A DNA stretch of 64,000 nt from Haliotis rufescens. Lineage: Eukaryota. This document shows, in pieces, positions 13,729-26,989 of this stretch (the stretch's first letter is position 1; each line of letters opens with the position of its first letter). Location: NCBI RefSeq assembly GCF_023055435.1, contig NW_025963890.1, positions 10,912,001 through 10,976,000 of the forward strand, written 5' to 3'. The notes beneath the pieces are model-generated. The model was given only the letters and a program-made list of their open reading frames with translations, was not told where the DNA came from and made no database searches. A program made the translations under genes and the position numbers.

Positions 13729-13937
13729 AATTTCTTTCAAGAAAAACACCTTGCAAGAATGTAAGTTTTGTAGCAGGCAATTTCTTTCAAGAAAAACACC
13801 TTGCAAGAATGTAAGTTTTGTAGCAGGCAATTTCTTTCAAGAAAAACACCTTGCAAGAATGTAAGTTTTGTAGCAGGCAATTTCTTTCAAGAAAAACACC
13901 TTGCAAGAATGTAAGTTTTGTAGCAGGCAATTTCTTT
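13729..13937. repeat. 50-bp perfect tandem repeat x4 in the gene B intron
   Basis: Unit aatttctttcaagaaaaacaccttgcaagaatgtaagttttgtagcaggc. Confidence 0.95.
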
Positions 13938-14131
13938 TTGTTCAACGCCCTGAAGAATTATATGTTTTTTTATTCGATAAATTCCCTTCCGCCCCACCAG
14001 AATATAAAATGGTCGGCCCCTAATTCCTAACAACTGATCTATCGCTCTACCAGCTCTGTCTCCTCTATATGACCATTGCACACTATCATCTTTCTACAAC
14101 ATTTCATTCACTCCAACATATGTTTACTTAC

Positions 14132-14444
14132 CTTTGTAATCTTCAGGTATGAGTAGGGGTGCCCCGACCTCCACCGTGTGTCCAGTTTGAGGATCAGTAT
14201 TGAGACTGGTTGCTGTCACCTTGTTACACACACGCTTCTGGTGCAACAACATGGGCTGAAGAAAATCAAAGTTGGACTTCTCCGTGGATATGTCATCATT
14301 GAGTGTATAGGCACACTGCACCACACGAGGGAGGGGGTACTTCTGTAGAATGTCCTCCAAGGAGTATGCGCCCACCTCCCATTGTAGGTTCGGCCTGGCG
14401 ACAATCTCCTGGGGTCGGATATTCAAAGATGCCTTGCAGAACAT
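14132..14444 (-). CDS. CABIT-domain gene copy B, coding exon 1
   Basis: ATG 14444; LQWEVGAYSLEDILQKYPLPRVV resembles the GAREM N-terminus (W...LDLLV..YRLPQI); ends IPEDYK-G at AAAG|GTAAGT; 747-bp intron to 13384. Confidence 0.85.
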
Positions 14445-15937
14445 TGTGCGAGATCTGCTGTCCTTAGTCCTGTGTAGCCATGAAACATCGTGTCAATAAT
14501 AAGTGTTGTACTTCCTTGTTGGCACTCTTCACACAAAAGACAAATTTATCCCTTCTAAATATAACCTAAATATCAGTGTAATCTAACAACAGTGCTTGGT
14601 GTGCAGCATCAGTATCTTTCAAATGTTGTCTGCGATGTTAGATAAGTTTCTTTGAATCTTGTAAATTAAAACATTTGATATGTGTTTGTTTGTTTTGCTG
14701 GATAAATATATCACGCGCCTCCATTTACAGCCTTTTTCCTGGTTGGGTTGATCTGAGCTTATGGCCATGTTTAATTAGATTATAGATCGACCCGGCAAAC
14801 GCTGTAAATGTACTGGTTCAGGTTTCACGGCGAAATGAAAAATAGGGCCCATAAGTCTCGCGGCGCTACTTCCGGTGACATGCCTATACTCATGAACTAG
14901 TTCTGCTTTCGCAATGCGCGACCGCCCAAACCAACTTTGCTAGACGGGAACAAGTATACTACCACGCTTGGTTGTCACCGCCATTGACAGTCGTCATAGT
15001 TGACTTGATAGTTTGACATAGTTAGGCATTAAATTAGGCAAGATTTGGAGGATGGAATTTGTAAAATCAGATTTATTCCATATGTAATCTGTCACACACC
15101 TTTACTTAGTAATTTCCCCCAAAACTGATTTGTTACTTATAAGTAGAAAGCTATTATTATTTTCAATTTATGAACGGGACAATAGGGTTTTATGTAATAT
15201 AGAAAGCATGTGCATAAATTGTTGTGTAACTAACAACTTTTTTTTTTGATATTTAATGTGAATAGATATAATACTGTTTTTAATAGTATTGTTTTTTGCA
15301 CTTTAGGAGACTTGCACTACAATTTTACTCTCATCCACGTGTACACGATGACTGTATGGAAGTCCAGATGACTGAAATTAAAAAGAAAGACTCAAAGACC
15401 ATGAAAAAGGTTTGTTGAAATAATAAAAGGTTGAGAGAAATTGAATGATTTACTCTACTTTGGATAAATGACAGTGATTAATGCATGACAAATAGATTTA
15501 CTTTGCACTGTCTGTACATATGTTGATCCCAAAAAATATTTAACTTAAATAAATGAAGGTCCTCAACATGCACACAAAAAGGAATATATGTGAAACGTCT
15601 TTTATAAACATAAAAAACACATCAAACTTATCAATCATTCAGTGACCATTGATGAACACGATTTAGTACAACGATATTAACTTGATTCAGAGAAACAATT
15701 GCACCTAGTTTTCATATATTTGTGTATTTCAAATATTCTGCCAATAAAACCTTGCTGACATTTCATATTTTACACCATCCATTTAGGCCAATCTGTTTTA
15801 ATTTACGGGTCAAGAATTGGTTAAGTTTTATTTTCATTGATAAATATCTGTTGTATTTTCTAAGAACATTTTGACCGATATTATCATACATTCAGTGTGT
15901 ATTGTTATGATATTATATTCAATATCAAATCAATATC

Positions 15938-16220
15938 GGGGGCACGGGTGGCCCAGTCGTCTAAGGCGCCGCGATTCGCTGTGCAGGGTTGCGTCCCTTG
16001 GACACGCCAGAAACCTATGATTGTGGGTTCGAATCCCGGTTCGCCCCAATTATGTTTGTAGGTTTGTCAGCACCATCCCCGTGCTCGTGGGTTTCACCGA
16101 AGTGGTAAACGTCTGAGACCTGCATCACTTCGGGCTTTCCTCCCACATTAAGTTGACACGCCGCGATATAACTGGAATATTGTTAAAAGCGGCGTTAAAC
16201 CAAACTCACTCACTCACTCA
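15938..16220 (+). mobile_element. SINE family 1, full length
   Basis: A/B boxes, aaaagcggcgttaaacc(aaactcactcactc) tail, TSD-like tcaatatc. Confidence 0.9.
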
Positions 16221-18299
16221 ATTCAATATCATGGCTGATACCAGAAACCTTAAACAAATTCAATTGTGAGCATTATCCACACTTAAAAGACAATAATAAG
16301 CCTAGATTTATTCAGTAACTCTATTCAAATGTCATGAATACTCACAAAATATTAAACATTCTTGGCAAATATTCCGAAATGCCATGCCTGGACAAATAAT
16401 TGTGCCAGTGTGAATTGGAATATTTTCAACAACATGCACTGTTACTGGTGTCAGTATCTAGATTCACACTTGACTTTCTGTGCGAGTCCCAAGATGGTCT
16501 GCAGCACCGTGTTGATGACAAGTAGGTCCTATTCCAGCAAGTGTCCAGAGTGCATTCTGAAGGTCACAGATATCTTTAACAGAACCGGTACTTCAGACTG
16601 CCAATGTATAGGACTTTAATATGTTTACAACTGTAAACACAACACGGATTGTTCTTTAAAAGGCAAGGTAATGCTTGACCACAAAATGTTCAAAAAATCT
16701 AGAGATCTATCACAGTCCGTGTTGCTACTTGAAGTGCATGACGTCTAAGGTAATTCTGGTGATACATATATATTTACACGTGAATAACATAAGGAAATCT
16801 TTCTCCCCTCAAACGAGGAAATCAGATCAACTACAAAAGATCAGTACCACTTATGAGAACACATAACAAATACCAACAATTCCTTACGATGCTTACATCA
16901 AGATATATCTGTTAAATTAGGCATATGCGAGATTTCGTAGATTTTAGCTTCAACTCAATATGCTAGACAAATGGTAAATGGGGATGCTATGATCAAGTTT
17001 ATTTACATCATACAGAATGTAGATCACATTTCAGTGAGGTCACTTTTCAGAGATCGTTAAAACAAACATTGCGAGGATTTAATCATCATTATTTACAAAT
17101 TAGATGAGTGGGTTTTCGTGAATAAACCTGATTTTTCAGTACACATGATATTATCATCATGATATTTGCACATATCTTTTCTTATTAACACAGGTACCCC
17201 AACAAGTATCTTTGTGCAACACGATTACTTGGAGATATTTACAAGTATTGACAAAGATTCAAAACAATTTACATTGTAAACATGCACGTAACGGGCCTGC
17301 TTGTGACCATAGTTTGTGTCATCTCCCCTTAGTTCTGAACATTCATAATATTGGAAAAGGCTCAGGATAGACGTTATGGAAATTTGCCATAACATTGTTT
17401 GACGCATAAACGGGGAGCATATTAAGTTAATGGACAATTCCTTCTTTCTTTTTGACAATGAATAACTACAAAATGAAAACAAACGCGTCACAGAACGACT
17501 GTTTCTGCTCAAATGTCTACGCCACCATCACTGAACGTGTGATGATACCGATGAGTATTGACTTATCGACAATGACAATTATACCAGCCTATCAGAAGTG
17601 GTAGAAAAGTGAAAATTTACCTCAATTCATGAATTGGTAGCGGCCAATGTGACATAGGACGTCTTGTCAACACTGCAACTGCTTTGACAAGCATGTACTT
17701 GCTATTCATGCTATCTAATTAAAGTGTTTTAATGCCTGTGATGGTTTTCTAAATTACACTAACGTGTACCGAATATGACTACCCAGGCTTTGTCCGACGT
17801 AACACTGCTATCGCCATTGCCGTGAAAAGCTGTTTGTCACCGGAACAACGTAAGGTCTCGAGCAGTCCCGTGACCTACATACGAGTACAGGCTACTTTCA
17901 AAGTTCTGAAGTACAAATGAGAAATGCTTTTGTCCAGGGGGCAAGGATGGAATCTGGACTTTTACAGTCAGTTAAATCCCTTGCCTCAAGAAGATGAGCC
18001 CAACTCACTCGCTATTTGTGTCAATCAATATCTTCTACTAATTTTTGTGGTAATAGATAGTTATGAGAAGATAAGAGAAAAATATAATTTATAGCTGGCT
18101 TATCATCACATTAAGAAACTATTTATTCTGAGTACATAATGGTACTAACTATTTGTTATTTTTACATGGACACCTCCCTTAATGTATTTGCTTTTCGTTG
18201 AGCCAAAGCAGTATTATTGCATTTAATACTATTAGTTGAAATGACGTTTTGTGTTCTTTTGTTATTTTATTAATGTATCTCAAACAGTATTAGTCATTA

Positions 18300-18580
18300 G
18301 GGTGCACGGGTGGCACAGTCGTCTAAGGCGCCGCGATTCGCTGTGCAGAGTTGTGTCCCTTGGACACGCCAGAAACCTATGGATGTGGGTTTTATCCCGT
18401 TCGCCCCGATTGCGGTTCTAGGTTTGTCGGTACTATACCCGTGCTCGTGGGTTTCACCGAAGTGGTAAACGTCTGAGGCCTGCATCACTTAGGGCTTTCC
18501 TCCCACATTAAGCTGACACACCGTGATATAACTGTAATACTGTTAAAAGCGGCGTTAAACCCAACTCACGCACTCACTCA
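18300..18580 (+). mobile_element. SINE family 1, full length
   Basis: Same consensus as 15938-16220. Confidence 0.85.
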
Positions 18581-19017
18581 CTATCTGTCATAAGACACGC
18601 ATGCATTGCCAGTGGAAGCAATGGAAGCAGTGTTCAACTGACGTTTATTACGGTTATATAATGGTTGCATACCTTGCCTTCTGAAATTCAGACAATTTAC
18701 AGGCTTTACAGAATATGATATCCCTCTTGTAGCCATCCTCCGTTGTAGTTCCTCCACAAAGAACATGGGCTGGAGCCTTTTTCTAATATTCATTTCTTTG
18801 TCATCACGGATCTCTTTCTTATCCATATCAAACATGGACGCGAAACTACATGACCTTAACAGGAATATGACATTTGAATGAGTGAGTGATTATTTTTTAA
18901 CGCCGTATCAACAATCTTGCAACTTCGTTCATCTGGCATTGACACAACCAAATCGAGTATAATCTGAAGGCGAACGTAGATAACCCTAATTTCATCCTCA
19001 CATGCTCCTTCAAGAGC

Positions 19018-19344
19018 GACCGCCTCCGTGGTCTAGTGGTAGAGCGTCCGCCCGGAGAGCGGAAGGTCCGGGGTTCGATCCCCGGCCGCGTAATAACAAA
19101 AGACGTTGTTGTTACCCTGTCTGACGCTCTGCATTCAGGGGCTAAAACAAGGACTGGTCGGCTCGGAGTCAGTATTCTGTGTCTGAGTGGGGTGTTCATG
19201 TTAAACTGCGGCATGGTATCTCAGTGAGCTAGCACTATAAATCGGTATGAGTCAGGACTAGCACAAGCACACACACACCTACATGCACGTCGCTATATAA
19301 GTGCAATAATCTTGGACGCGACGTTAAACCCCATTTCACCTCAC
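19018..19344 (+). mobile_element. SINE family 3 (tRNA head; central block resembles the MetaSINE domain, from recall; (CACCT)n tail)
   Basis: A box TGGTCTAGTGG, B box GGTTCGATCCC; 13-bp TSD ctccttcaagagc at 19005-19017 and 19345-19357. Confidence 0.9.
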
Positions 19345-19727
19345 CTCCTTCAAGAGCTGGTCATACTTACACGTGACTGTATACTTTCACGTGACTCTGC
19401 CTACTTCCACGTGACTCTGTCTACTTACACGTGACTCTACTTTGATAATGTATCTGCCATGTATTTTGGTGGCAATGTCCATAAACTGTGTTGCACAGTT
19501 CTTGTTAGACTCTCAACTTTAATACTTTTCCTAACAAATTAAAAAAATGACAGGATTGCAAATGATTAAGGTTTGAATTATTCACTCATTTAAACATTAA
19601 GTCAAACTCAAATTAATCTAAACGAGGAATATTTGTATTTATTCGTACCGCTATTACTTTCATTCATATGCTAGAGAAAGCACCAAGCCTATATGAAGAT
19701 TTTTTATGACACCATGTTTTGGGGTGT

Positions 19728-19968
19728 GTGAGTGAGTTTTGGTTTAACGCCGCTCGTAGTATTGCAGTTATATCGCGGCGTGTCAGCTTAATGTGGGAGG
19801 AAAACCCGTAGTGATGCAGGTCTCAGATGTTTACCACTTCGGTGAAACCCACGAGCACGGGTATGGTGCTGACAAACCTAGAAACATAACCGGGATTCGA
19901 ACCCACAATCATAGGTTTCTGGCGCGCCAGAGAGACGCAACTCTGACAGCCTTAGACGACTTGGCCCC
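19728..19968 (-). mobile_element. SINE family 1 with small deletions
   Basis: Consensus match to the other family 1 copies. Confidence 0.8.
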
Positions 19969-20004
19969 TCGCTCACCTTTTCGCGAACACCTATTATCAT
20001 CACT

Positions 20005-20180
20005 ATCATCTCCCTATAACGCCCTTTGAAATCTTCGTAGAAAGAGCATGCGCTATTGTACCTCAATAGTTGTATAAAGTAAACACCAGAGGCTGGAGAT
20101 GATGGAATATTACTCGTTATAAAGGGAAGGTTGACATTTTTAAAGTTGAAGTCATCCCTATTGTCAAACGTCTTGTGGAG
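20005..20180 (-). mobile_element. Penelope-like element reverse-transcriptase C-terminal fragment (decayed)
   Basis: FDNRDDFNFKNVNLPFITSNIPSSPASGVYFIQLLRYNSACSFYEDF resembles the PLE motif YDKRDDFxFxIVNFPxLxSNIPxxPAYGVYxSQLIRYARACS (from recall). Confidence 0.8.
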
Positions 20181-21788
20181 CATCGGGTGGTCAGACTCTG
20201 GGACTCACTGTGTCCCGTTATTGTGGCCCAGTTGCCAAAGGCGGAGTTGTGTGCCAGAAACATATACAATGTATATGACTGTTGGTTCGAATTTCTAGGT
20301 TTGTTATCAACATACCCGTGCTCGTGCGTTTCACAAAGTATTAAACGTCAAAGACATGCTTCACATCCAGGTTAATGCTTCGATATCAATAACACTCTGT
20401 GTTAGAACTGAAAAAAATGTTGTTCAAACATTGTTGTAACAATGAAAAAATGAAAAACTAAATACGATAAGAACTAATTTTATCACCATTAATTTAACAA
20501 ATCATGTGAATATCGAGGTAACCAGTGCGCTTGATTTCAATGAATATTCTCCAGTTAAACAACAGTCCATATCTTGATATCTCTTATTCGTCCACAAACA
20601 TATTAATGCACATACATGTACATTAAAACAAGATTACCAAAATAATTCAATAAATCTTAAAGCAACCAATACAGTGAAATGTATGGATGTCATTACAAAT
20701 AGTAAACAATATTTAGGCAAATATTCTTGTTAAATACAACAGCCCTAAAGGTAATGTATTAATTTAGATACAACAGCTTCACAGGCTTAAATGATCGTAA
20801 TAGAGGAGATCGCGAATTGCAGTTGTATTCCTAACTGTGTAGTAAAACAACATTCACTCATCAAATGGTTTTACGGGTTGATAGCTAGGAGTTCCTGTCC
20901 TGTTCATGTTGCCAATGCCAATTAATTATAATCTATAAAAACGTAACATGAATAAATATACAACAAATATTTTAATAACTGAAATAAATTGAACCATAAT
21001 TTCGCCATTTTAAGAAACAAATGATAGCCAGCAAAAATACGAGAAATTCTAAAAACAAATTCTCCAGTGAACAATTGACTTACTTTTGCAATTTGTTTGT
21101 GACGGGTGCCACCTATGAAACAGGGTTAGCTCACCTTTTCGCAAACACCTGTGACATCATTATTTGATGGTGATTCATAAACACATTCTCGTGATATATG
21201 GTGGAAATCGTACAATAGAATTTTGGCAGAGTCTTCTAATGAATATGGAAAGGGGTTTGTCGTTTTTATTTAATACATCGATATTTTATTGTATTCGTGG
21301 GGATGGAGGAGATGTGAATAAATGTGTAAGTGAACTAAACTGCAAAAGAAAGTATACAATAGGAAATCGGATGACCAGGCTGAAAACAGTCGCCGAAACA
21401 CGGCAAACCTAAGGTCCAAAGCACAAGTGAATTAAGATGCCTGTATCAAGTGTATCGCCATCCAAAAAACATTCTTGTTTGTTTCATTTTTAGCCACAAT
21501 CAAACACGGGTGTATACATATTTTTTGGTCGGCAGAATATTTCAGCAGTATCACGGGGTACACCACAAAGGGGCTTGTCACACTGCACAGATTGTAGTAT
21601 TCCACCCTGAGTCTTCAGAATGAATGTTCAAATGAACAAGAATTTGAGCACTCGGAATAAAGCATCGTATGAATGTCCCATTATCTGTATAGTGCTGTGT
21701 TGTGTTGTGTTGTGTGTCTATTACTTCAAGTTGGGACTCTATGTATATCTATTAAATACTGGGCAACGGAACATGTCAAAGAGTGATG

Positions 21789-24151
21789 TCACAATTTAAA
21801 CACTCCAGATTGACAGCCATGTATAAACAAATTGATCATTCTTTTTTCAATGTTTGAAATGGAAGGAAATTTCAACTGCAAACCATTTTCACCCATGTCA
21901 AACAGTTGACGACCATCTATGTTATTGTTTAACAGTAGGGCCAATGTTTTCTGCTTGATGCCACCTGCTTGCCTTAACTTGTCATTGACTTCTGCTGCGG
22001 ACATTGCAACAATAGTAGAGCTGCCATCTGCCCCTTCATCCGTTATGCCGATACCAGAGTCCGCGCACGGAGAATCACACATTCCTTGCCTCCTGTTGTC
22101 AGAAGGTTCATAAATAACATCCTCCATCGCGTGTGGTGTTGATGGACTTGGCATCTGCTCCAAATGATAACGATCATCAGGAGATTCATACACCACATCA
22201 TCTGTGCTGGAACTCAAATGTGAAGGTTGGAAAGTAATTTCTTTCTGCCCAAATTTGTCAACAGGTTCGTAAATGTCATGTCTTTGGTGAAATTTATTTT
22301 TTGAAATATGTGAAGCAGTAACAAGTTTTCTTTCATCAGGAGATTCATAAATCACATCTTCTTCTGTTGGTAATTGGTGTTTTTCCTGAGTGTAGGATGC
22401 TATGGCCTCCTTTTTCGTTGGCTTGGGAGGAGGAGCAGGAGGACCACCAGTCTGATTCTTCTTCCACTTATTACTGGATCCATCATCTTCATATAGACTT
22501 GTTTTTGGCCTATCAGGCATCTCATAGTCTGTGACATTGACATCATCGTCAAAAGGCTCAGAATGAGAGGAAGGGCAAGCCAGAGCTTCTGCAACACTTC
22601 CACTGTTTCCCGATTTAAGTTGCCTGAGGGAATGTATGTTTTCATACACCATCACATTCTCTTGTTGCTTTGCTGGAAGCATTGATGCATCGTCACGTTT
22701 TGTCGGGCCACCTGTTTCAGAGTATGTGAAACCACCTCCCCTTCCTGCTCCAATGTCATCATCCCAAGGATTCAATGGGTCCACACTGGAACCATCTAGG
22801 TCAGATGTGGTTATACGCTGCCAAAAATTAATCTTGTCTGCCAGGTTGATGACCTCTTCAGGATCTGAATCATTGTCATTCAAATACATTGGGACAGTCA
22901 GATAGCCATGATTGGTACTTATTCTTATTGTATTCTTTGTTTGAACCTTTTGAGGTGGTTTTGGATGAATATATCCAGAAGGAACACATTTGGGTGGAGT
23001 AGGCGGCGATGCACTAGATTTTGGTTCAATCCACACAGACTCATAGATCTCTTGTTTTGGTTTGTTAGAGGCAGGTGGCGGAGCAGGTGGCCTGACTTTT
23101 TGTGATGATCTAACTACTAACCTAGGCGCTGTGCCAAATCCAACTGATGTTCCTAGATTCACTACTCCATGTTGTTGGGGGCTAAAAGAGGGCAGCTTTG
23201 TTGGTTTTAGTGGTGTTCTAGGTGGAACGTCGGGGGTCACGTTATCATCTGCTTCAGTGTCAGGCATACTTCCAGTAAGATTCAATGGTTTTGGAAGGAC
23301 TCGGGGAAGAGACTTGACCTCTACCGGTGATGCGGATTTCTTTTCGTTTCTTTTGAAATCCATATTGACAGCAGCATTAGGTTTCGAGTCGGCGGTCGTT
23401 TCATTGGTTTGTTTATCTCGACGCGCCGGAGGTGTAGTCTGGTGTCTGTTCACTTCTTTTGGCAAACCCTGAGCTGCTTTAATATTCCTCATATACATTT
23501 CTGCATTATTTTGGCACAGACCCATCGCACGCTTATACCCACTGCTGTTTAAAAGGGAAGTGTCAGGCTTAGCCACTCTGAACATCAGAGGAATGGTAGT
23601 TGGAATCTCCAGAAGTATATTCCTTAGGTTGAAAACTGAAGACACGATGGCTGAGGTTTCGAGATGAAATTCGTTTAAATTCAAAACCCCAGTAAATATA
23701 CATGGAGTCGGCGGAACCCGTCCAAATACCAGCTTGACCTTACAGGGTAATTGATCTTTGGCGATGATATCTTTAACCTGCATTATGGTCTGTTTTTGAG
23801 TTGTCTTGTGCTTCAGGATATAGAAAACACCCGTAGCGTTGATAGGAAGCATCACCTCTCTGTCGGTCAGGTCTGTGCATAATAGAAATCTCTCCTCACG
23901 TGTAACGGATTTTGAAAATATGGACTTTTTCACTTTGCTTGTGGCCACGTACAAGTTGCCCATTCTGAGAACATCGCCAGGATAGAGAACTCTTTGTTGA
24001 GGGGAAGATTGTTGTCTGTTAATCTGCACTGCATTTACTTCATGATCCCCGCCAATCAGAAACGTGTCGCAGTCTGAGGAAGCAAGGTTCGCCACCTTGC
24101 GGTAGTGGGGAATAGGCTTGTCACAGGACGTGAATTTGACCGCAAACCATC
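21789..24151 (-). CDS. CABIT-domain gene copy C, coding exon 2 (CABIT, Pro/Tyr-rich linker, C-terminal SAM-like domain; spliced protein about 890 aa, full GAREM-like architecture)
   Basis: Acceptor ccttcacag|GA TGG; FLLCTD-x4-EVMLPINATGVF core motif; PPAPPPKP and PDVPPRTP; many YExP/YENI motifs; C-terminal MSAAEVNDKLR...LLNNNIDGRQLFDM...LFIHG fits a SAM pattern (about 21817-22012). Confidence 0.9.
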
Positions 24152-24796
24152 CTGTGAAGGCAAAGGAAATGTTGTCGTTATCAAATGTACTGAAGAACAA
24201 ATATATATTCATGTTTACTTGGGTAAGCTACATGACGATTTCGAATTATGTTTTTAGAAAACCTAGACTAATGGCAGTTCAGCAAATGCATGAGAGTGCA
24301 TGAGTAATGGTGTGGAGGAACATATGTTCCCGTCTTTGTATTTCAGGTGAACAATTGACTTTCCTTTGCATGTGCGGGTGCGGCCTTAACAATAAACCAA
24401 CAAACCAACTGTAATGTTATGAACTCACTTGGTAATCTTGAATTGTGAAAGTTTGGCTTTTTTCATCATTGCGACGTTACTCTATGCTGTAACATACAGC
24501 GGAGTTAAACTCAACTCACTCATTCTAGAGCTCGGGACAAGGCACCTATCATCTAACTTGTAATGACCGTTTTTAACTTACAGAGGCGACCAGCTCATGT
24601 CTGGGTGGATCCCAATTGGCTTCCATGTTATCTGCAGGGGAACCCTACCCTTCCGTTTGAAAACTATAAATTGTGATTTAAAGTTTTAATTAACATAAGA
24701 CCCGCAGCTATTCACCCCCAATTCACCCCCTAACTCACTCACTTTCAAACTTCCTGTATCCGTCGGCAATAACAGGACGATATAACGATATTCATG

Positions 24797-24800
<4 letters not shown>

Positions 24801-24874
<74 letters not shown>
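24801..24874. repeat. (CT)n microsatellite
   Basis: Pure dinucleotide run. Confidence 0.95.
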
Positions 24875-25087
24875 AAACTACTCTGGTTATCACGAAGACT
24901 ATTCGACATAACGGGCAGATCCCGTAGACTTTATACGCCTTCTTATCTTATAAAAAACCTCCCTTATCTGGGTAAAATAACTCTGGTAAAGTTTATGACT
25001 CAGTTACTGACTTTATTTTATTGCCTAGCCAAGCAAGTTTTGTCTTATGTTTTAAATCTAGACAGGTAACGCCATGATCATAGAGCA

Positions 25088-26418
25088 CACAGATTATCGT
25101 TTGATTGCTTAGTCATATGCTATGAGTGAATTTTGGTTTGACTCCGCTTGGAACATAAATTCAGTTTTATCACAGCGTGTCAGCTTGAGTTGTTAGACAA
25201 ACCCGACGTGATGCAGGTCGTATAATAATCAGGCGTTTACCACTTTGGTGAAATCCAAGATCACTGATATGATGATGACAAACCTACAAACATTATCAGG
25301 GGGAATCTAGGTCCATGTTTCCTGGCACGCCCAAGAGATGCATATGAGGGGCAACCACACGGTACTACTAGTTGTGAACAATATACAATGTTTGACGTAT
25401 GCAATTTGACGGACGTGAATTGTACAACGTTGGACATGCTCTGTTTTCATTCAAGTTCTACACGATCAGACTGTCACCATTGGGAGAAGGTTTTCAATGT
25501 AGAGTTGCGCGTTCGGTTCAAACTTTATTTTAGCGCGGTTAAATCTACTTGGCTCTATGTTGAAAACACAGAGTGTTTCTCTCCTGCGCGAGCACCTGAT
25601 GCAAAATAATGCAAAATAATTGTCCTTTAGTTCACTGTACGTAGAAAACACCCGTAGCGTTGATAGGAAGCATCACCTCTCTGTCGGTCAGGTCTGTGCA
25701 TAATAGAAATCTCTCCTCACGTGTAACGGATTTTGAAAATATGGACTTTTTCACTTTGCTTGTGGCCACGTACAAGTTGCCCATTCTGAGAACATCGCCA
25801 GGATAGAGAACTCTTTGTTGAGGGGAAGATTGTTGTCTGTTAATCTGCACTGCATTTACTTCATGATCCCCGCCACAGATTATCGTTTGATTGCTTAGTC
25901 ATATGCTATGAGTGAATTTTGGTTTGACTCCGCTTGGAACATAAATTCAGTTTTATCACAGCGTGTCAGCTTGAGTTGTTAGACAAACCCGACGTGATGC
26001 AGGTCGTATAATAATCAGGCGTTTACCACTTTGGTGAAATCCAAGATCACTGATATGATGATGACAAACCTACAAACATTATCAGGGGGAATCTAGGTCC
26101 ATGTTTCCTGGCACGCCCAAGAGATGCATATGAGGGGCAACCACACGGTACTACTAGTTGTGAACAATATACAATGTTTGACGTATGCAATTTGACGGAC
26201 GTGAATTGTACAACGTTGGACATGCTCTGTTTTCATTCAAGTTCTACACGATCAGACTGTCACCATTGGGAGAAGGTTTTCAATGTAGAGTTGCGCGTTC
26301 GGTTCAAACTTTATTTTAGCGCGGTTAAATCTACTTGGCTCTATGTTGAAAACACAGAGTGTTTCTCTCCTGCGCGAGCACCTGATGCAAAATAATTGTC
26401 CTTTAGTTCACTGTACGT
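25088..26418. repeat. Direct duplication of an intron segment (25088-25642 and 25874-26418)
   Basis: Offset 786 (identical track ORFs at 25388 and 26174); copy 1 has an extra 10-bp gcaaaataat. Confidence 0.9.
25642..25875 (-). pseudogene. 234-bp duplicate of part of gene C exon 2 (23821-24054), located in the gene C intron
   Basis: Appears identical by eye to 23821-24054 (offset 1821); lacks the exon-2 acceptor; lies between two copies of a ~550-bp intron segment. Confidence 0.9.
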
Positions 26419-26989
26419 TCAGTGTTGTATGAATAATTACTTTGGAAAATTTTACACGTTTCACCTATTAATTTGACTCAAGTGTTGGATGAGCGATTTT
26501 CTTCCTGGTCGCAAAGAAATGTCTTTTTATGGTAAATGGATATCCATGTTGTTATGTATTCAACAACGACGGAGTTTTACAGTGAGGTGAAAGGGGGGTT
26601 TAATGTCGACTGACACAGCGACGAAGAGTGTCACTCATCGGCTCCTTCATAAAAAAAAGACGAGTGTGAAGTGTGCATTGTAATATTTAACAGGAAGGTG
26701 TGCACTTAAATCTCCTTGAAAACCCTGCACATAACACTATAAACCTCTACAGTTTCTTTTGATATCTCTGTGGTTAAATATATACACGCCACATCAAGTC
26801 GTTTTACATTGTTGTGGCCGCCGTGATTTAGTGAGTGAATATGCCCGGAGACTGGAAGGTCGGTGGTTCCCCTGGTCGCGTCAAAAAATGTATTTGTTGT
26901 TACCCTGCCTGGCGCTGGGCATTAAGGGTCAGTAGGGATGTTCGTTCATCCATCTACTCATAGACCAATCACATCGACCAAGTTACATA

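Noticed and set aside
14800-17900. Possible large decayed DNA transposon upstream of gene B (ttccggtgaca / tgtcaccggaa inverted words)
   Set aside because: Only a short inverted match, with no recognisable transposase motif or TSD.
24152-24212. Track start codons for the long ORFs (13400, 24212, 38141, 47306) as true N-termini of single-exon genes
   Set aside because: These extensions are polypyrimidine tract/intron; homology begins exactly at AG|G-WF and the missing half-domain is in the upstream exons.
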